From assembly GCA_937934295.1 (NCBI GenBank), contig CALHAI010000004.1, positions 58,023 to 122,022 of the forward strand: 64,000 nucleotides of DNA, written 5' to 3'. This document shows, piece after piece, positions 42,389-54,048 of the stretch. The number at the start of each line of letters is the position of its first letter. Within the stretch, counting starts at the first letter, position 1. The notes under the pieces are model-generated. The model had not been told where the DNA came from. It made no database searches and saw only the letters and a list, made by a program, of their open reading frames with translations. The position numbers were made by a program, and so were the translations under genes. This stretch comes from an uncultured Blastocatellia bacterium (lineage in GTDB: Bacteria > Acidobacteriota > Blastocatellia > HR10).

Positions 42389-42916
42389 ATGATCCGGCCA
42401 TTTCGTGGCATCTGGCCCAGGATCGCCGAGACGGCTTTCGTGGAAGAGACGGCAGTCGTCGTTGGGGATGTGGAGATCGGAGAGCACTCTTCGATCTGGT
42501 TCCATGCGGTGGTGCGCGCCGATGTGCACTTCATCCGCATCGGGCGGGACACGAACATTCAGGACGGGACGGTGGTGCATGTGACGGGCGGACGATTCCC
42601 GGCGCTCATCGGCGATCGCGTCACGATCGGGCATCGGGCGATCGTTCACGGATGCACGATCGGCGACGAGTGCTTGATCGGGATGGGGGCCATTCTCTTG
42701 GACGGCGCCGTCATCGGCGCGCGTTCGCTTGTCGCGGCCGGAGCCGTCGTTCGCGAGGGGATGCAGGTGCCGTCGGGATCGCTTGTGGCGGGTGTTCCGG
42801 CGCGGATCGTGCGCGAGCTGACTGAAGAGGAGCTGCGCCGGATCGAGGGGGGATGGCAGGGCTATCGGGAGTTGAAGGATCACTATCTCGCCGAGCGGGT
42901 GAGGGCGATGGGATGA
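42389..42916 (+). CDS. gamma carbonic anhydrase family protein (YrdA-like)
   Basis: Hexapeptide repeats, RADV, NIQDGTVVH, GHRAIVHGC. Confidence 0.92.
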   Translation: MIRPFRGIWPRIAETAFVEETAVVVGDVEIGEHSSIWFHAVVRADVHFIRIGRDTNIQDGTVVHVTGGRFPALIGDRVTIGHRAIVHGCTIGDECLIGMGAILLDGAVIGARSLVAAGAVVREGMQVPSGSLVAGVPARIVRELTEEELRRIEGGWQGYRELKDHYLAERVRAMG

Positions 42917-44190
42917 TCCAAACGGTTCGGGGGACATTCGACATCCTCCCGGATGAGGTGCCGCGCTGGCGCCTTCTGGAGGAGACGGCGCGAACTGTCT
43001 TCCGGTGCTATGGATATCGCGAGATTCGCACGCCGATCTTCGAGCGCACGGCACTCTTCGCCCGCAGCGTCGGCGAGGAGACGGACATCGTCGCCAAGGA
43101 GATGTACACCTTCACGGATCGGGGGGGCGAGTGTTTGAGCCTGCGCCCGGAGAGCACGGCGTCGGTCGTTCGGGCTTACATTCAGCACAGGATGTGGACG
43201 TGGGGGAGCGTGGTGAAGCTCTTCTATCTCGGGCCACATTTTCGCTATGAGCGGCCGCAAAAAGGGCGATTTCGACAGTTCCATCAGATCGGGGCGGAGG
43301 CGATCGGGCAGAACGATGATCCAGCCATTGATGCCGAGCTGATCGAGATGGTGGAGGAATATCTAGATCGTCTTGGCGTCGCCGAGCGCGAGCTCTTCAT
43401 CAATTCGGTCGGATGCTCGCGGTGTCGTCCGGCGTATGTGCGACACCTGAAGGACGCGCTCTCTGGAGTGCTCTCTCGCCTGTGCGAGGATTGTCAGCGG
43501 CGGTATGAGACGAACCCCCTGCGGATCCTGGATTGCAAGGTGGAGGACGATCAGCCGTTCATCGAGCGAGCGCCGGCGTTGCTCGATCACCTCTGCGAGG
43601 CGTGTGCGGCGCATTTTGAAGCCTTGCGTCGGCATCTGGAGGAGCGGGGGATCGCTTATCAGGTCGCGCGACGGCTCGTGCGCGGACTCGACTATTACAC
43701 GCGCACGGCCTTTGAGATCACCAGCGCGCGACTGGGCGCGCAGAATGCCATCGCGGGTGGCGGACGATACGATGGACTCTCGGAACTGCTCGGCGGGCCG
43801 CCAGCCAAAGGGATCGGGTTCGCTCTGGGCGTGGAGCGGTTGCTCCTGGCCTTGCCCGAGGACGCTGCCGTCACCGATGACGCGCCGGACCTGTACATCG
43901 CCTACCTCGGAGAGGCGGCGCGCCAGGAGGCGTTTCGCGTGGCTCGACGGCTGCGGCGCGCTGGCCTGGTCGTGATCTACGATTTCCAGGAGCGGAAGCT
44001 GCGGCGACTGATGGCGCAAGCCGATCGGATGAAGGCGCGCTACGCGCTCTTGATCGGCGAAGATGAATTGGCCGCCGGACGCTATACCCTTCGCGATATG
44101 CGGACGGGCGAGCAGGAAGTGCTTTCGGAGGAAGCGCTCGTGCGGCGGCTCATGACCTCGCGGGAGCTCTCCGCGAGCGGACGAAGATGA
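42913..44190 (+). CDS. hisS: histidine--tRNA ligase
   Basis: RGTFD, KEMYTF, LRPEST, FRYERPQKGRFRQF, LVRGLDYY, GGGRYDGL. Confidence 0.97.
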   Translation: MIQTVRGTFDILPDEVPRWRLLEETARTVFRCYGYREIRTPIFERTALFARSVGEETDIVAKEMYTFTDRGGECLSLRPESTASVVRAYIQHRMWTWGSVVKLFYLGPHFRYERPQKGRFRQFHQIGAEAIGQNDDPAIDAELIEMVEEYLDRLGVAERELFINSVGCSRCRPAYVRHLKDALSGVLSRLCEDCQRRYETNPLRILDCKVEDDQPFIERAPALLDHLCEACAAHFEALRRHLEERGIAYQVARRLVRGLDYYTRTAFEITSARLGAQNAIAGGGRYDGLSELLGGPPAKGIGFALGVERLLLALPEDAAVTDDAPDLYIAYLGEAARQEAFRVARRLRRAGLVVIYDFQERKLRRLMAQADRMKARYALLIGEDELAAGRYTLRDMRTGEQEVLSEEALVRRLMTSRELSASGRR

Positions 44191-44220
44191 AGGAAGGCGT
44201 CCCTTCGGGAGCGAGATCAA

Positions 44221-46056
44221 ATGGGCGCGACGCGATCGGAAGAATCGCAGGCGAGAGTCGGGGAGGGGGAACGCCAAGAGGCGCTCACGCGGACGCATAC
44301 CTGTGGCGAGCTGCGTCCGGAGCATGCCGGGCAACGCGTTGTCCTCATGGGGTGGGTACATCGGCGGCGCGATCTCGGCCCCCTGACGTTCCTCGATCTC
44401 CGCGATCGCTACGGGATCACGCAGATCGTGTGCGATGCACAGTGGGCTCCCGAAGCACATGCCGTGGCCAAGCAAGTGCGCCATGAGTATGTCCTCGCCG
44501 TCATTGGGACGGTCATGCGCCGAGCGCCGGAGACGGTCAATCCGAAGATCGCGACGGGAGAGATCGAGGTCGTGGCCGAGCGCGTGCTCATCCTCAACCC
44601 CTCGAAGACGCCGCCCTTCCCCGTCGAGGATGAGCGCGGAAGCCTGCCTTCGGAAGACGTGCGCTTGCGGTATCGCTATCTGGATCTGCGTCGATCTCGC
44701 CTGCAGCGCAACCTCATCCTCCGGCATCGCGCGGCCCTGACGGCGCGCCAGTATTTCGATCGGCATGGATTTCTGGAGATCGAGACGCCGATGCTCATCA
44801 AGTCTACGCCGGAAGGAGCGCGCGACTTCATCGTCCCGAGCCGATTGCATCCGGGGAAATTCTACGCCTTGCCGCAATCGCCCCAGCTCTTCAAGCAACT
44901 CCTCATGGTGGCCGGCTTCGATCGATACTTTCAGATTGTGCGGTGCTTTCGCGATGAGGATTTGCGCGCGGATCGGCAGCCGGAGTTCACACAGATTGAC
45001 GTGGAGATGTCCTTCGCCACGCCCGAGATGATCTTCGCCCTCATCGAGCCGCTCATCGAAGAGATGTGTCGGCTCGTGGGGCGAGAGATCGTTCGACCGT
45101 TTCCGCGTCTCCCTTTTGTGGAAGCGATCGAGCGCTATGGGACGGATAAGCCGGATGTGCGCTTCGGGATGGAGTTGGTGGACCTCAGTCCGTGGCTGCA
45201 CGACGTCGAGTTCGCGCCCTATCGGCGAGCTCTCGAGGATGGCGGCGTCATCAAGGGGATCGCCGTCACGGGGGGAGCCAAGTATTCGCGGAAGCAGTTG
45301 GACGAGCTGGCCGAGATCGCTCGACGCGAAGGGCTCTCGGGACTGACGTGGGTCAAGCTGGGAGATGGCGAGGTGGCGTCCGCGCTCGTGAAAGCGCTCG
45401 GAGCCGCGCGGGTGGAAGCGCTCGCGCGCGCGACCGGAGCGGATCGGGGCGATCTCGTGCTCATCGCCGCGGGCCCGCGCACCGTGGTGAACGAAGCGCT
45501 CGGCCTGTTGCGCACGGAGATCGCGCGGCGCGAAGGCTGGGCCGACGGGACGCAATTTCGATTCGTCTGGATCACCGACTTCCCCATGTTCAAATGGGAT
45601 CCGGACGCGCACCGGTGGAGCGCCGTGCATCATCCCTTCACGTCTCCCCGTGACGAGGATGTGGATCGGTTGGAGACGGATCCGGCCTCCGTGCGCGCCA
45701 AAGCCTACGATCTCGTCCTGAACGGCGTGGAGATCGGAGGGGGGTCCATCCGCATCTATCGGCGGGACCTCCAACAGCGCGTCTTCCGCGTGATCGGACT
45801 CGACGAGGAGGAAGCGCGGCGCAAGTTCGGCTTCCTGCTCGACGCGTTCGAATACGGAGCACCGCCGCATGGGGGCATCGCGCTGGGCTTCGACCGATTG
45901 ATCATGCTGCTTGCGGGAGAGACCTCCATTCGGGAAGTGATCGCGTTCCCGAAGACGGCGAGCGCGACGGATCTCATGCTCGAATGTCCGAGTGACGTCT
46001 CTCCCGAACAGTTGGACGAATTGGGCCTCATCCTCAAACCGAAGCGGGGCGAATGA
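44221..46056 (+). CDS. aspS: aspartate--tRNA ligase
   Basis: RTHTCG, RLRYRYLDLR, TPEGARDF, PQSPQLFKQ, GAPPHGG. Confidence 0.97.
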   Translation: MGATRSEESQARVGEGERQEALTRTHTCGELRPEHAGQRVVLMGWVHRRRDLGPLTFLDLRDRYGITQIVCDAQWAPEAHAVAKQVRHEYVLAVIGTVMRRAPETVNPKIATGEIEVVAERVLILNPSKTPPFPVEDERGSLPSEDVRLRYRYLDLRRSRLQRNLILRHRAALTARQYFDRHGFLEIETPMLIKSTPEGARDFIVPSRLHPGKFYALPQSPQLFKQLLMVAGFDRYFQIVRCFRDEDLRADRQPEFTQIDVEMSFATPEMIFALIEPLIEEMCRLVGREIVRPFPRLPFVEAIERYGTDKPDVRFGMELVDLSPWLHDVEFAPYRRALEDGGVIKGIAVTGGAKYSRKQLDELAEIARREGLSGLTWVKLGDGEVASALVKALGAARVEALARATGADRGDLVLIAAGPRTVVNEALGLLRTEIARREGWADGTQFRFVWITDFPMFKWDPDAHRWSAVHHPFTSPRDEDVDRLETDPASVRAKAYDLVLNGVEIGGGSIRIYRRDLQQRVFRVIGLDEEEARRKFGFLLDAFEYGAPPHGGIALGFDRLIMLLAGETSIREVIAFPKTASATDLMLECPSDVSPEQLDELGLILKPKRGE

Positions 46057-46068
46057 GCGGGGCACCGC

Positions 46069-47910
46069 ATGGGGAAGATTCGCATTCTCCCAGACCCGCT
46101 GGCGAGTAAGATCGCCGCCGGCGAGGTCGTCGAGCGTCCGGCGTCGGTCGTGAAAGAGCTCATCGAGAACGCGCTCGACGCCGGAGGCCGACAGATTCGC
46201 ATCGAGGTGGAACTCGGGGGGAAGAAGCTCGTGCGCGTCGCCGATGACGGCGAGGGGATGACGCGCGATGATGCCCTGCTCGCTTTCGAGCGACATGCCA
46301 CGAGTAAGATCACCTCGGTCGAGGACCTGGAGCACATCGTGACCCTCGGGTTTCGGGGCGAGGCCCTGCCTTCGATCGCCGCCGTGGCACGCGTCCTCTT
46401 GCGGACGAAGACGGCGGCGGATCTGGTGGGGACGGAAGTCGAGATCGAGGGGGGAAAGATCAAGGACGTGCGCGAATGCGCGTGGACTGGGGGGACCGAG
46501 GTGCACGTGCGCGATCTCTTCTACAATGTCCCGGCGCGTCGCAAGTTCCTCAAAAGCGACACGACCGAGCTGTTTCATGTCACGAATCTCGTGACGCACT
46601 ACGCGCTCTGCTATCCGCGCGTGGCCTTTCGACTGCAACATGGAGGGCGGATACTCCTGGATGTCGCGGCCGTAGAGACGCTGCGGGAGCGCGCCTATCA
46701 GGTCTTCGGCGCGGACTTCCTCGCGAGTGTGGTCGAGCTGGAGCACGTCGGCGAGAGCGTGCGGGTCTACGGGTTCGCCTCCAAGCCGAATTGGGGGCGG
46801 ACCACGCGCGAGGCGCAGTATTTCTTCGTCAACGGTCGCTATGTGCGAGATCGCGTCTTGGCGCAGGCGCTCAGCGAGAGCTATCGAACGCTCCTCCCCT
46901 CCGGCATGCATCCGGCGGCGGTTTTGTTCGTCGAGCTGCCGCCTTCAGATGTGGATGTGAACGTGCATCCGGCGAAGATCGAGGTGCGCTTCCGACGTCC
47001 GGTTCAGGTGCAAGCGGCGATCATCGAGGCCGTGCGACGCGCGCTGCAGCAGGCGCGGCCCGTCCTGGAGGTGAAGCGGCCTGTCGAAGATCGGCCTCCA
47101 CCGCGCTCCGAGCGCACGCTCGCGCGCGAAGCGTTTCATCTTCAGGCGCCGCTCGCCCCTTCGACGCCGCGTCAGCCTTCGCTCGGCCTCGCGTTCTCCG
47201 CGATGGGAGCGCCTAAGGAGAGGAAGGCATTCGTTCCATCGGAAGCCGCGTCGCCGGAGGTCTTCGGAGCGGGCTCATCGATCAGCCCGCAGTGCTTGGC
47301 GCGTCCGTCGCTCGATGCCGTGGCCGAAGAAGAGGTGGCCGAGCGAATTCGCCTCCTCGGTCAGTTCCGCCAGAGCTTCATCCTCGCGGCGACGGATCGA
47401 GAGCTCTTGCTCATCGATCAACATGCCGCGCACGAGCGCATCCTCTTCGAGCGGTTTCGAGAGCAGCTCGCTCGCGAGGCATTGCCCGCGCAGCCGCTCC
47501 TTGTGCCGGAGATCATCGAGCTGACGCCCGCGCAGCACGCCGCCTTCGAGAGCGTGCGCGAGGACCTGGCGCGGTTGGGGATCGAAGTCGGGGAATTCTC
47601 AGGCCGCGCGCTCGCGCTCACGGCGCTTCCGGCTGATGTGCCCCTCTCGGAGGCTCGCCCTCTCGTCTTGGAGCTTCTGGAGGTTGCCGATCAAGAGCGA
47701 CGCTCCTCGCCCGAGCGCCTGTGCGACCGTCTGGCGGCGAGCCTCGCCTGTCGCGCCGCCGTGAAGATCCATACTCCGCTGACCGAGGCGATGATGCGCT
47801 GGCTTGTGGACGAACTGTTCCGCGCGTCTTTCCCCACGAGCTGTCCACATGGACGACCGGTCGTGGTGAGGTTCACGCTTCGAGAGATCGAACGGCTCTT
47901 TCACCGATAG
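46069..47910 (+). CDS. mutL: DNA mismatch repair endonuclease MutL
   Basis: IAAGEVVERP, HATSK, GFRGEAL, DQHAAHER, CPHGRP. Confidence 0.97.
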   Translation: MGKIRILPDPLASKIAAGEVVERPASVVKELIENALDAGGRQIRIEVELGGKKLVRVADDGEGMTRDDALLAFERHATSKITSVEDLEHIVTLGFRGEALPSIAAVARVLLRTKTAADLVGTEVEIEGGKIKDVRECAWTGGTEVHVRDLFYNVPARRKFLKSDTTELFHVTNLVTHYALCYPRVAFRLQHGGRILLDVAAVETLRERAYQVFGADFLASVVELEHVGESVRVYGFASKPNWGRTTREAQYFFVNGRYVRDRVLAQALSESYRTLLPSGMHPAAVLFVELPPSDVDVNVHPAKIEVRFRRPVQVQAAIIEAVRRALQQARPVLEVKRPVEDRPPPRSERTLAREAFHLQAPLAPSTPRQPSLGLAFSAMGAPKERKAFVPSEAASPEVFGAGSSISPQCLARPSLDAVAEEEVAERIRLLGQFRQSFILAATDRELLLIDQHAAHERILFERFREQLAREALPAQPLLVPEIIELTPAQHAAFESVREDLARLGIEVGEFSGRALALTALPADVPLSEARPLVLELLEVADQERRSSPERLCDRLAASLACRAAVKIHTPLTEAMMRWLVDELFRASFPTSCPHGRPVVVRFTLREIERLFHR

Positions 47911-47949
47911 GCGCCGACGTCTGCCGGATTCCTCTCCGCGAGCGGGCGC

Positions 47950-49664
<1,715 letters not shown>

Positions 49665-49812
49665 CCATGGCCCGCTATAACCCCAGGTTGTGCACGGTGT
49701 GGGGAGAACGCCGCGGGTGTTCTCGCTCATGCCTTCGCCCGCGAGCCGGTGGCCCTTCTTCTGGACGGAGGGAGATAAAGCATGCTATCCTTACGTACCT
49801 CGATTGTGGCGT

Positions 49813-49888
49813 GGGCCGTTAGCTCAGTCGGTAGAGCATCGGGCTTTTAACCCGAGGGTCGCAGGTTCGATTCCTGCACGGCTCACCA
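49813..49888 (+). tRNA. tRNA-Lys(UUU)
   Basis: 76-nt cloverleaf GGGCCGTTAGCTCAG...TCGGG CTTTTAA CCCGA...GTTCGATTCC...CCA. Confidence 0.97.
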
Positions 49889-49897
49889 TCATCTTGT

Positions 49898-51538
49898 ATG
49901 GCTGAAAGAGAGAGATCGAGGAGGACAGCGCGGGGCTTCGCCATGGCTGCCGCGCTCTTCGTGTTCGGGACGCTCGTCCAGGCACAGGAGAGAGCGCCGA
50001 TCCTCGTGTTGCCGTTTGAGAATAAGACCCGCGAGGCCGATTACCACTGGGTGGGGGAAGCCTGTGCCCTTTTTCTCTCCGACCTGCTGGCGCAGATGGG
50101 AGAGCCGGTCGTCTCGCCCGATGATCGGCGAGCGGTTTATGAGCAGCTTCGATTGCCCGAAGGGCTGGTCGTGACACGTGCCTCGGCGCTCCTTGTCGCC
50201 GAGCAGCTCGGGGCCGAGCGGCTTCTGGTGGGAACGTATCAGGTGAGCGGGCCGAAGGGACAGGAACGTCTCGCGCTCACCGCGCGCGTGATTCACGTGT
50301 CGGAGGTTCGGCTGCTGACGAACGAATTGGCGGTGGGTGCTCCGCTTCAAGACTTGCCCTCGCTTTTAGGGGTGCTCGTCGGCGAGGTGCTTGGTGAGCG
50401 TCTCTCGGCCGCTGCGCGTCAGGACGCGAGGTCGCGCGCCGCAATGCTGCCTGTGAGCGTGTTGGAGCTGTTTGCGAAAGCGCGGATGGCGGCGGATCCT
50501 CAGGTCGCCCTTCAGCTCCTTCGTCGCGCGGAGCAAGCGGCCAAGGGGACGGTCTATGCCCCCTTGCTTCTGGAGTTGGGACGAACGTATGTGCAGCAGA
50601 GGCAGTGCGCCGACGCGGTGCCCTATCTTCATCGCCTCGGTCCCGAATCCTCGGCGTACAAGGAGGCGCAATTTTACTTGGGGATTTGCGCGATCCAGCA
50701 AGGGGAGTGGGACCGCGCGCTCGACATCTATCGAACGCTGGGGCGCGCGTGGCCATTGGCAGAGGTCTTCAACAATTTGGCGGTCGCCGAACTGCATAGG
50801 GGGCAGATGGACGCGGCGATGAGCAACCTCTCGCGAGCGATCGAACGCTCCGACACCGATCCGGATATTCGTTTCAACTACGGCTATGCGTTCTGGAAGC
50901 GCGGGGATTTTGAGAACGCCATCGCAGCATTGCGGCAGGTCGTGCGATGGCGGGCGACCGATGGAGAGGCGCACTATCTTCTGGGAAAGAGCTTGCAACG
51001 CTTGGGGCGAGAGGAAGACGCTCAAGGGGCGCTGACGCTCGCGCGGCGGTATCTCCCGCAGTTCGCCGAATGGGAGAAGGTCGCCGATCCGCCGATCTCT
51101 CCGCGGCTCAAGATGCGCATCTCGCGACGCAGCGAAAGGGCACCTCGAACCCTCGCCGCGCGCGTCTCGATGATGCCGCCGTCTGAAGCCGTGCGCGAGG
51201 CGGAAGCTCTGGCAGACGTTGGTCGGGAGGAAGAGGCGCTGGCGATCTTGGAGGGCGTATTGAAGAGGGCTCCGGACTTCGCGGAGGCTCATCTCCTGAA
51301 AGCGCGTCTCTATTTTCGACGTGGGAATTGGCGCGAGGCCGCCGATGCCGCGCATGCGGCCGCGTTTTGGAATCCGCAATGGGCGCCCGCGCATCTGTTG
51401 CTCGCGCGCCTTTATCTGGCCGTGGGCGAACGCGAGCGCGCGCGCCTGAGCGTCGAACGAGCCTTAGCTCTCGATCCGAACAATGCGGAAGCGCGCGAGC
51501 TGGCACGCTCCTTGAGCGTGAGTCCGCGCAAGCCGTGA
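49898..51538 (+). CDS. secreted TPR protein with TolB-N/CsgG-like N-terminal domain
   Basis: Signal peptide, ILVLPFEN, C-terminal TPRs (ALALDPNNAEA). Confidence 0.85.
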   Translation: MAERERSRRTARGFAMAAALFVFGTLVQAQERAPILVLPFENKTREADYHWVGEACALFLSDLLAQMGEPVVSPDDRRAVYEQLRLPEGLVVTRASALLVAEQLGAERLLVGTYQVSGPKGQERLALTARVIHVSEVRLLTNELAVGAPLQDLPSLLGVLVGEVLGERLSAAARQDARSRAAMLPVSVLELFAKARMAADPQVALQLLRRAEQAAKGTVYAPLLLELGRTYVQQRQCADAVPYLHRLGPESSAYKEAQFYLGICAIQQGEWDRALDIYRTLGRAWPLAEVFNNLAVAELHRGQMDAAMSNLSRAIERSDTDPDIRFNYGYAFWKRGDFENAIAALRQVVRWRATDGEAHYLLGKSLQRLGREEDAQGALTLARRYLPQFAEWEKVADPPISPRLKMRISRRSERAPRTLAARVSMMPPSEAVREAEALADVGREEEALAILEGVLKRAPDFAEAHLLKARLYFRRGNWREAADAAHAAAFWNPQWAPAHLLLARLYLAVGERERARLSVERALALDPNNAEARELARSLSVSPRKP

Positions 51539-51611
51539 TCAGCCTCGTGAGGAGCCGACTCCTTGACTTCCCCCCTTTGTCGAGGACACGGCTCGTGCTG
51601 AGGGTGAAACG

Positions 51612-53195
51612 ATGGCGGAAGAACGAACGGCGATTGCGGAGCTTCGCCGAGATGTCACGGTCTGGGGCTCCTACATGTGGGGCTTCGCCGACGTCGGCGC
51701 CGATACATTCGTCGCGCTCGGCTTGGTCTTCGCCTTCTCCGAGGGAGCGGCCCCGTTGGCCTTCTTGCTCGCGGGGACGGTCTACATCCTGGTCGGCCTC
51801 GCCTACACGGAATTGGCCTCGGCATATCCGGTGGCCGGGGGGGGACAATATTTCGCCCTGCGTGGCTTGGGCGATTTTTGGAGTTTGGTGGCCGGCAGCG
51901 CACTCGTGCTCGATTACACGCTCTGTACGGCGCTCTTCGCTTATTTCGCCGTGACCTATTTCTCGCATTTCGTGCCGGCTTTGGCCGAAGCGACGCTCGC
52001 GCTGGGGCCGTTCGAACATGTGCGGATCGGCCTGGCCCTCATGACGCTTCTGCTCATCGTCTTCCTCGCGTGGTTGAACGTGCGCGGGATGCGGCAGGCC
52101 AGCCTGCTCAACGAACTGATCGGCGTTTTGATCATCCTCATGGAATCGCTCATCATCTCGATGGGGTTCGTCTTCGCGTGGAAGCCGGAGCTGCTCATGG
52201 CACAGTGGAGCGAGACGTTCGCGAATTTCCATCCGCGTCAGTTCCTCTATGGCGCATCGCTGGCGATCATCTCCTTCGTGGGTTTGGAATCCATCTCGCA
52301 GGCGGCGCAGGAGACGCGGCGTCCGGCCACGATCGTCCCTCGGACTTCGATCGCCTTGGTCTTCACGGTCTTCCTCTTCGCCGTCTCGCTCTCGGTGCTC
52401 ACGCTGGGCACGGTGCGGTGGGAAGTCTTTCTCGACGAGCACAATGTCGGGCGCTCGGTGGCGATCGTGGCGGGGCATCTGCCGTGGATCGGGCGCGTGG
52501 CCGAAGATGTGACGGCCGCGCTTGCCGTGCTCGTCCTCATGCTCTCCTCCAATTCCGGAGTGATGAGCGTCTCGCGCGTGGCGTTCTCGATGAGTCGGTA
52601 CGATTTCATCTCCTCGTGGTTCGAACGGGTCCATCCGCAGTATCGCACGCCGGCGCGCACGATCGTCGTCTTCTCGACGATCGCCGCGCTGCAGGTCGTG
52701 CTGGCTTCCCTGACCGAGAGCGCCATTGATACGCTGGCCAACATGTACGCCTTTGGCGCGACGCTCGGCTACACGCTCGTCATGATCTCGCTCATCCGGC
52801 TGCGCTTCACCGATCCCTATACGCCGCGCCCCTATCGCGTGCCGTTCAACATCCCGATTCGGGGAGAGGGCACGACGGTCTACGTTCCCGTTTTGGGGAT
52901 CGTTGGACTCGTCGGGATCACGGCTGTTCTCGTGATCGTGCTCTTCACGCATGAGATCGCGGCCGTGGCGGGACCGCTGTGGGTCCTCCTCAGCGTCCTC
53001 TACTATGCGTGGCATCGTCGGCGGAGGGGACTCCCGATCTTTCGGAGCGTGCGGCGCCCGTGGGAGCGCGAGCAGATGGCGGTGCTCGAGGCGGCCGAGG
53101 AATACGATCTCTTGGAGCAGTATCGCATCGTTCTCGCCGAGCGCGATCGTTGGAGAAAGCGGCTCAGCCATGACGCCGATACCGTCGTGGAATGA
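51612..53195 (+). CDS. APC-family permease
   Basis: LRRDV, YTELASAYPVAGG, SFVGLES, AQETRRP, HPQYRTP; about 12 TM. Confidence 0.92.
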   Translation: MAEERTAIAELRRDVTVWGSYMWGFADVGADTFVALGLVFAFSEGAAPLAFLLAGTVYILVGLAYTELASAYPVAGGGQYFALRGLGDFWSLVAGSALVLDYTLCTALFAYFAVTYFSHFVPALAEATLALGPFEHVRIGLALMTLLLIVFLAWLNVRGMRQASLLNELIGVLIILMESLIISMGFVFAWKPELLMAQWSETFANFHPRQFLYGASLAIISFVGLESISQAAQETRRPATIVPRTSIALVFTVFLFAVSLSVLTLGTVRWEVFLDEHNVGRSVAIVAGHLPWIGRVAEDVTAALAVLVLMLSSNSGVMSVSRVAFSMSRYDFISSWFERVHPQYRTPARTIVVFSTIAALQVVLASLTESAIDTLANMYAFGATLGYTLVMISLIRLRFTDPYTPRPYRVPFNIPIRGEGTTVYVPVLGIVGLVGITAVLVIVLFTHEIAAVAGPLWVLLSVLYYAWHRRRRGLPIFRSVRRPWEREQMAVLEAAEEYDLLEQYRIVLAERDRWRKRLSHDADTVVE

Positions 53196-53439
53196 ATCGC
53201 GCGATCCGACGCCGCGGGCGTCATCGCTCTCGTTTCAAGACGTCGTGCAGATCGTGTATACGTTCCTCTTTGTGGTCCTTGGGGCGATCATCCTCTTTCG
53301 CGTGATCCGCTTGGGGGGGAGTCCGATAGGACTCGGCGTGGGTGGGGGATTCGTGGCGTTTGGGCTCTACCGCTTGCGTTTCGTCGTCAGGTATCATCTC
53401 CGTCGAAGAAGGGGAGAGCGCACGAATGTCGGGCGGTGA
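53170..53439 (+). CDS. small 2-TM membrane protein
   Basis: Overlaps both neighbours; two hydrophobic helices and a basic tail. Confidence 0.6.
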   Translation: MTPIPSWNESRDPTPRASSLSFQDVVQIVYTFLFVVLGAIILFRVIRLGGSPIGLGVGGGFVAFGLYRLRFVVRYHLRRRRGERTNVGR

Positions 53440-53995
53440 GGCGCACATCTCGGTCGTCGGGGTGACGTTGGCCGCGATCTTCCTGGCCTCTCTAGGGGGG
53501 ATGCTGTGGTGGATGCTCCATCCCCCGGCGCCGATCGGGCCAGCGGTGGCGCGCGCCTATCGCGGGGTGAGCGCGCTCAAGCGCATCCTCGTCCCCGTGA
53601 AGGGGACGGGCTATAGCGATCGCGCGGTTGAGTTGGCGTGCCGCCTCGGCCAGGAGCAGCAGGCCGAATTGATTCTCACCTATGTGATCGAGGTCCCGCT
53701 CTCGCTGCCCCTCAATACGCCGCTCGATCAGGAGGAGCGGCGAGCGCGCGAAGCCCTGGAGCGCGCCGTCGAACTGGTGAAGCTCCACAATCTGAGACCG
53801 ATCCCCGTCGTGCGGCGAGATCGTGATGTTGGCCGAGGGATCGTGAGCGTCGTCACCGATTATGATGTGGACCTGGTCGTGATCGGATTGAACCCGCGAC
53901 GTGTCGCGGCGGGAGATTCCATCGGCCGAGGGATCGAGACGGTCTTGCGCCGTGCGGGCGTCGAGGTGATCATTGACATGGTCCCCGAGGAGTAG
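53426..53995 (+). CDS. membrane-anchored universal stress protein
   Basis: N-terminal TM; KRILVPV...RAVELA...DLVVIG...SIGRGIETVLR. Confidence 0.88.
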   Translation: MSGGEAHISVVGVTLAAIFLASLGGMLWWMLHPPAPIGPAVARAYRGVSALKRILVPVKGTGYSDRAVELACRLGQEQQAELILTYVIEVPLSLPLNTPLDQEERRAREALERAVELVKLHNLRPIPVVRRDRDVGRGIVSVVTDYDVDLVVIGLNPRRVAAGDSIGRGIETVLRRAGVEVIIDMVPEE

Positions 53996-54048
53996 TCGGG
54001 CCGTTTTGAGGAGAGCGTGCTTCTCGATCGAACGTCGGAGGGAAAGCT

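Noticed and set aside
43363-46911. 1182-aa minus-strand ORF, and similar long antisense ORFs such as 6814-9186 and 51108-53171
   Set aside because: Shadow frames opposite clear genes (hisS/aspS/mutL, cytochrome, permease), common in high-GC DNA; no motifs
49813-49888. tRNA-Lys as an integration site for a genomic island
   Set aside because: No integrase, no duplicated tRNA 3' end noticed and no compositional shift nearby
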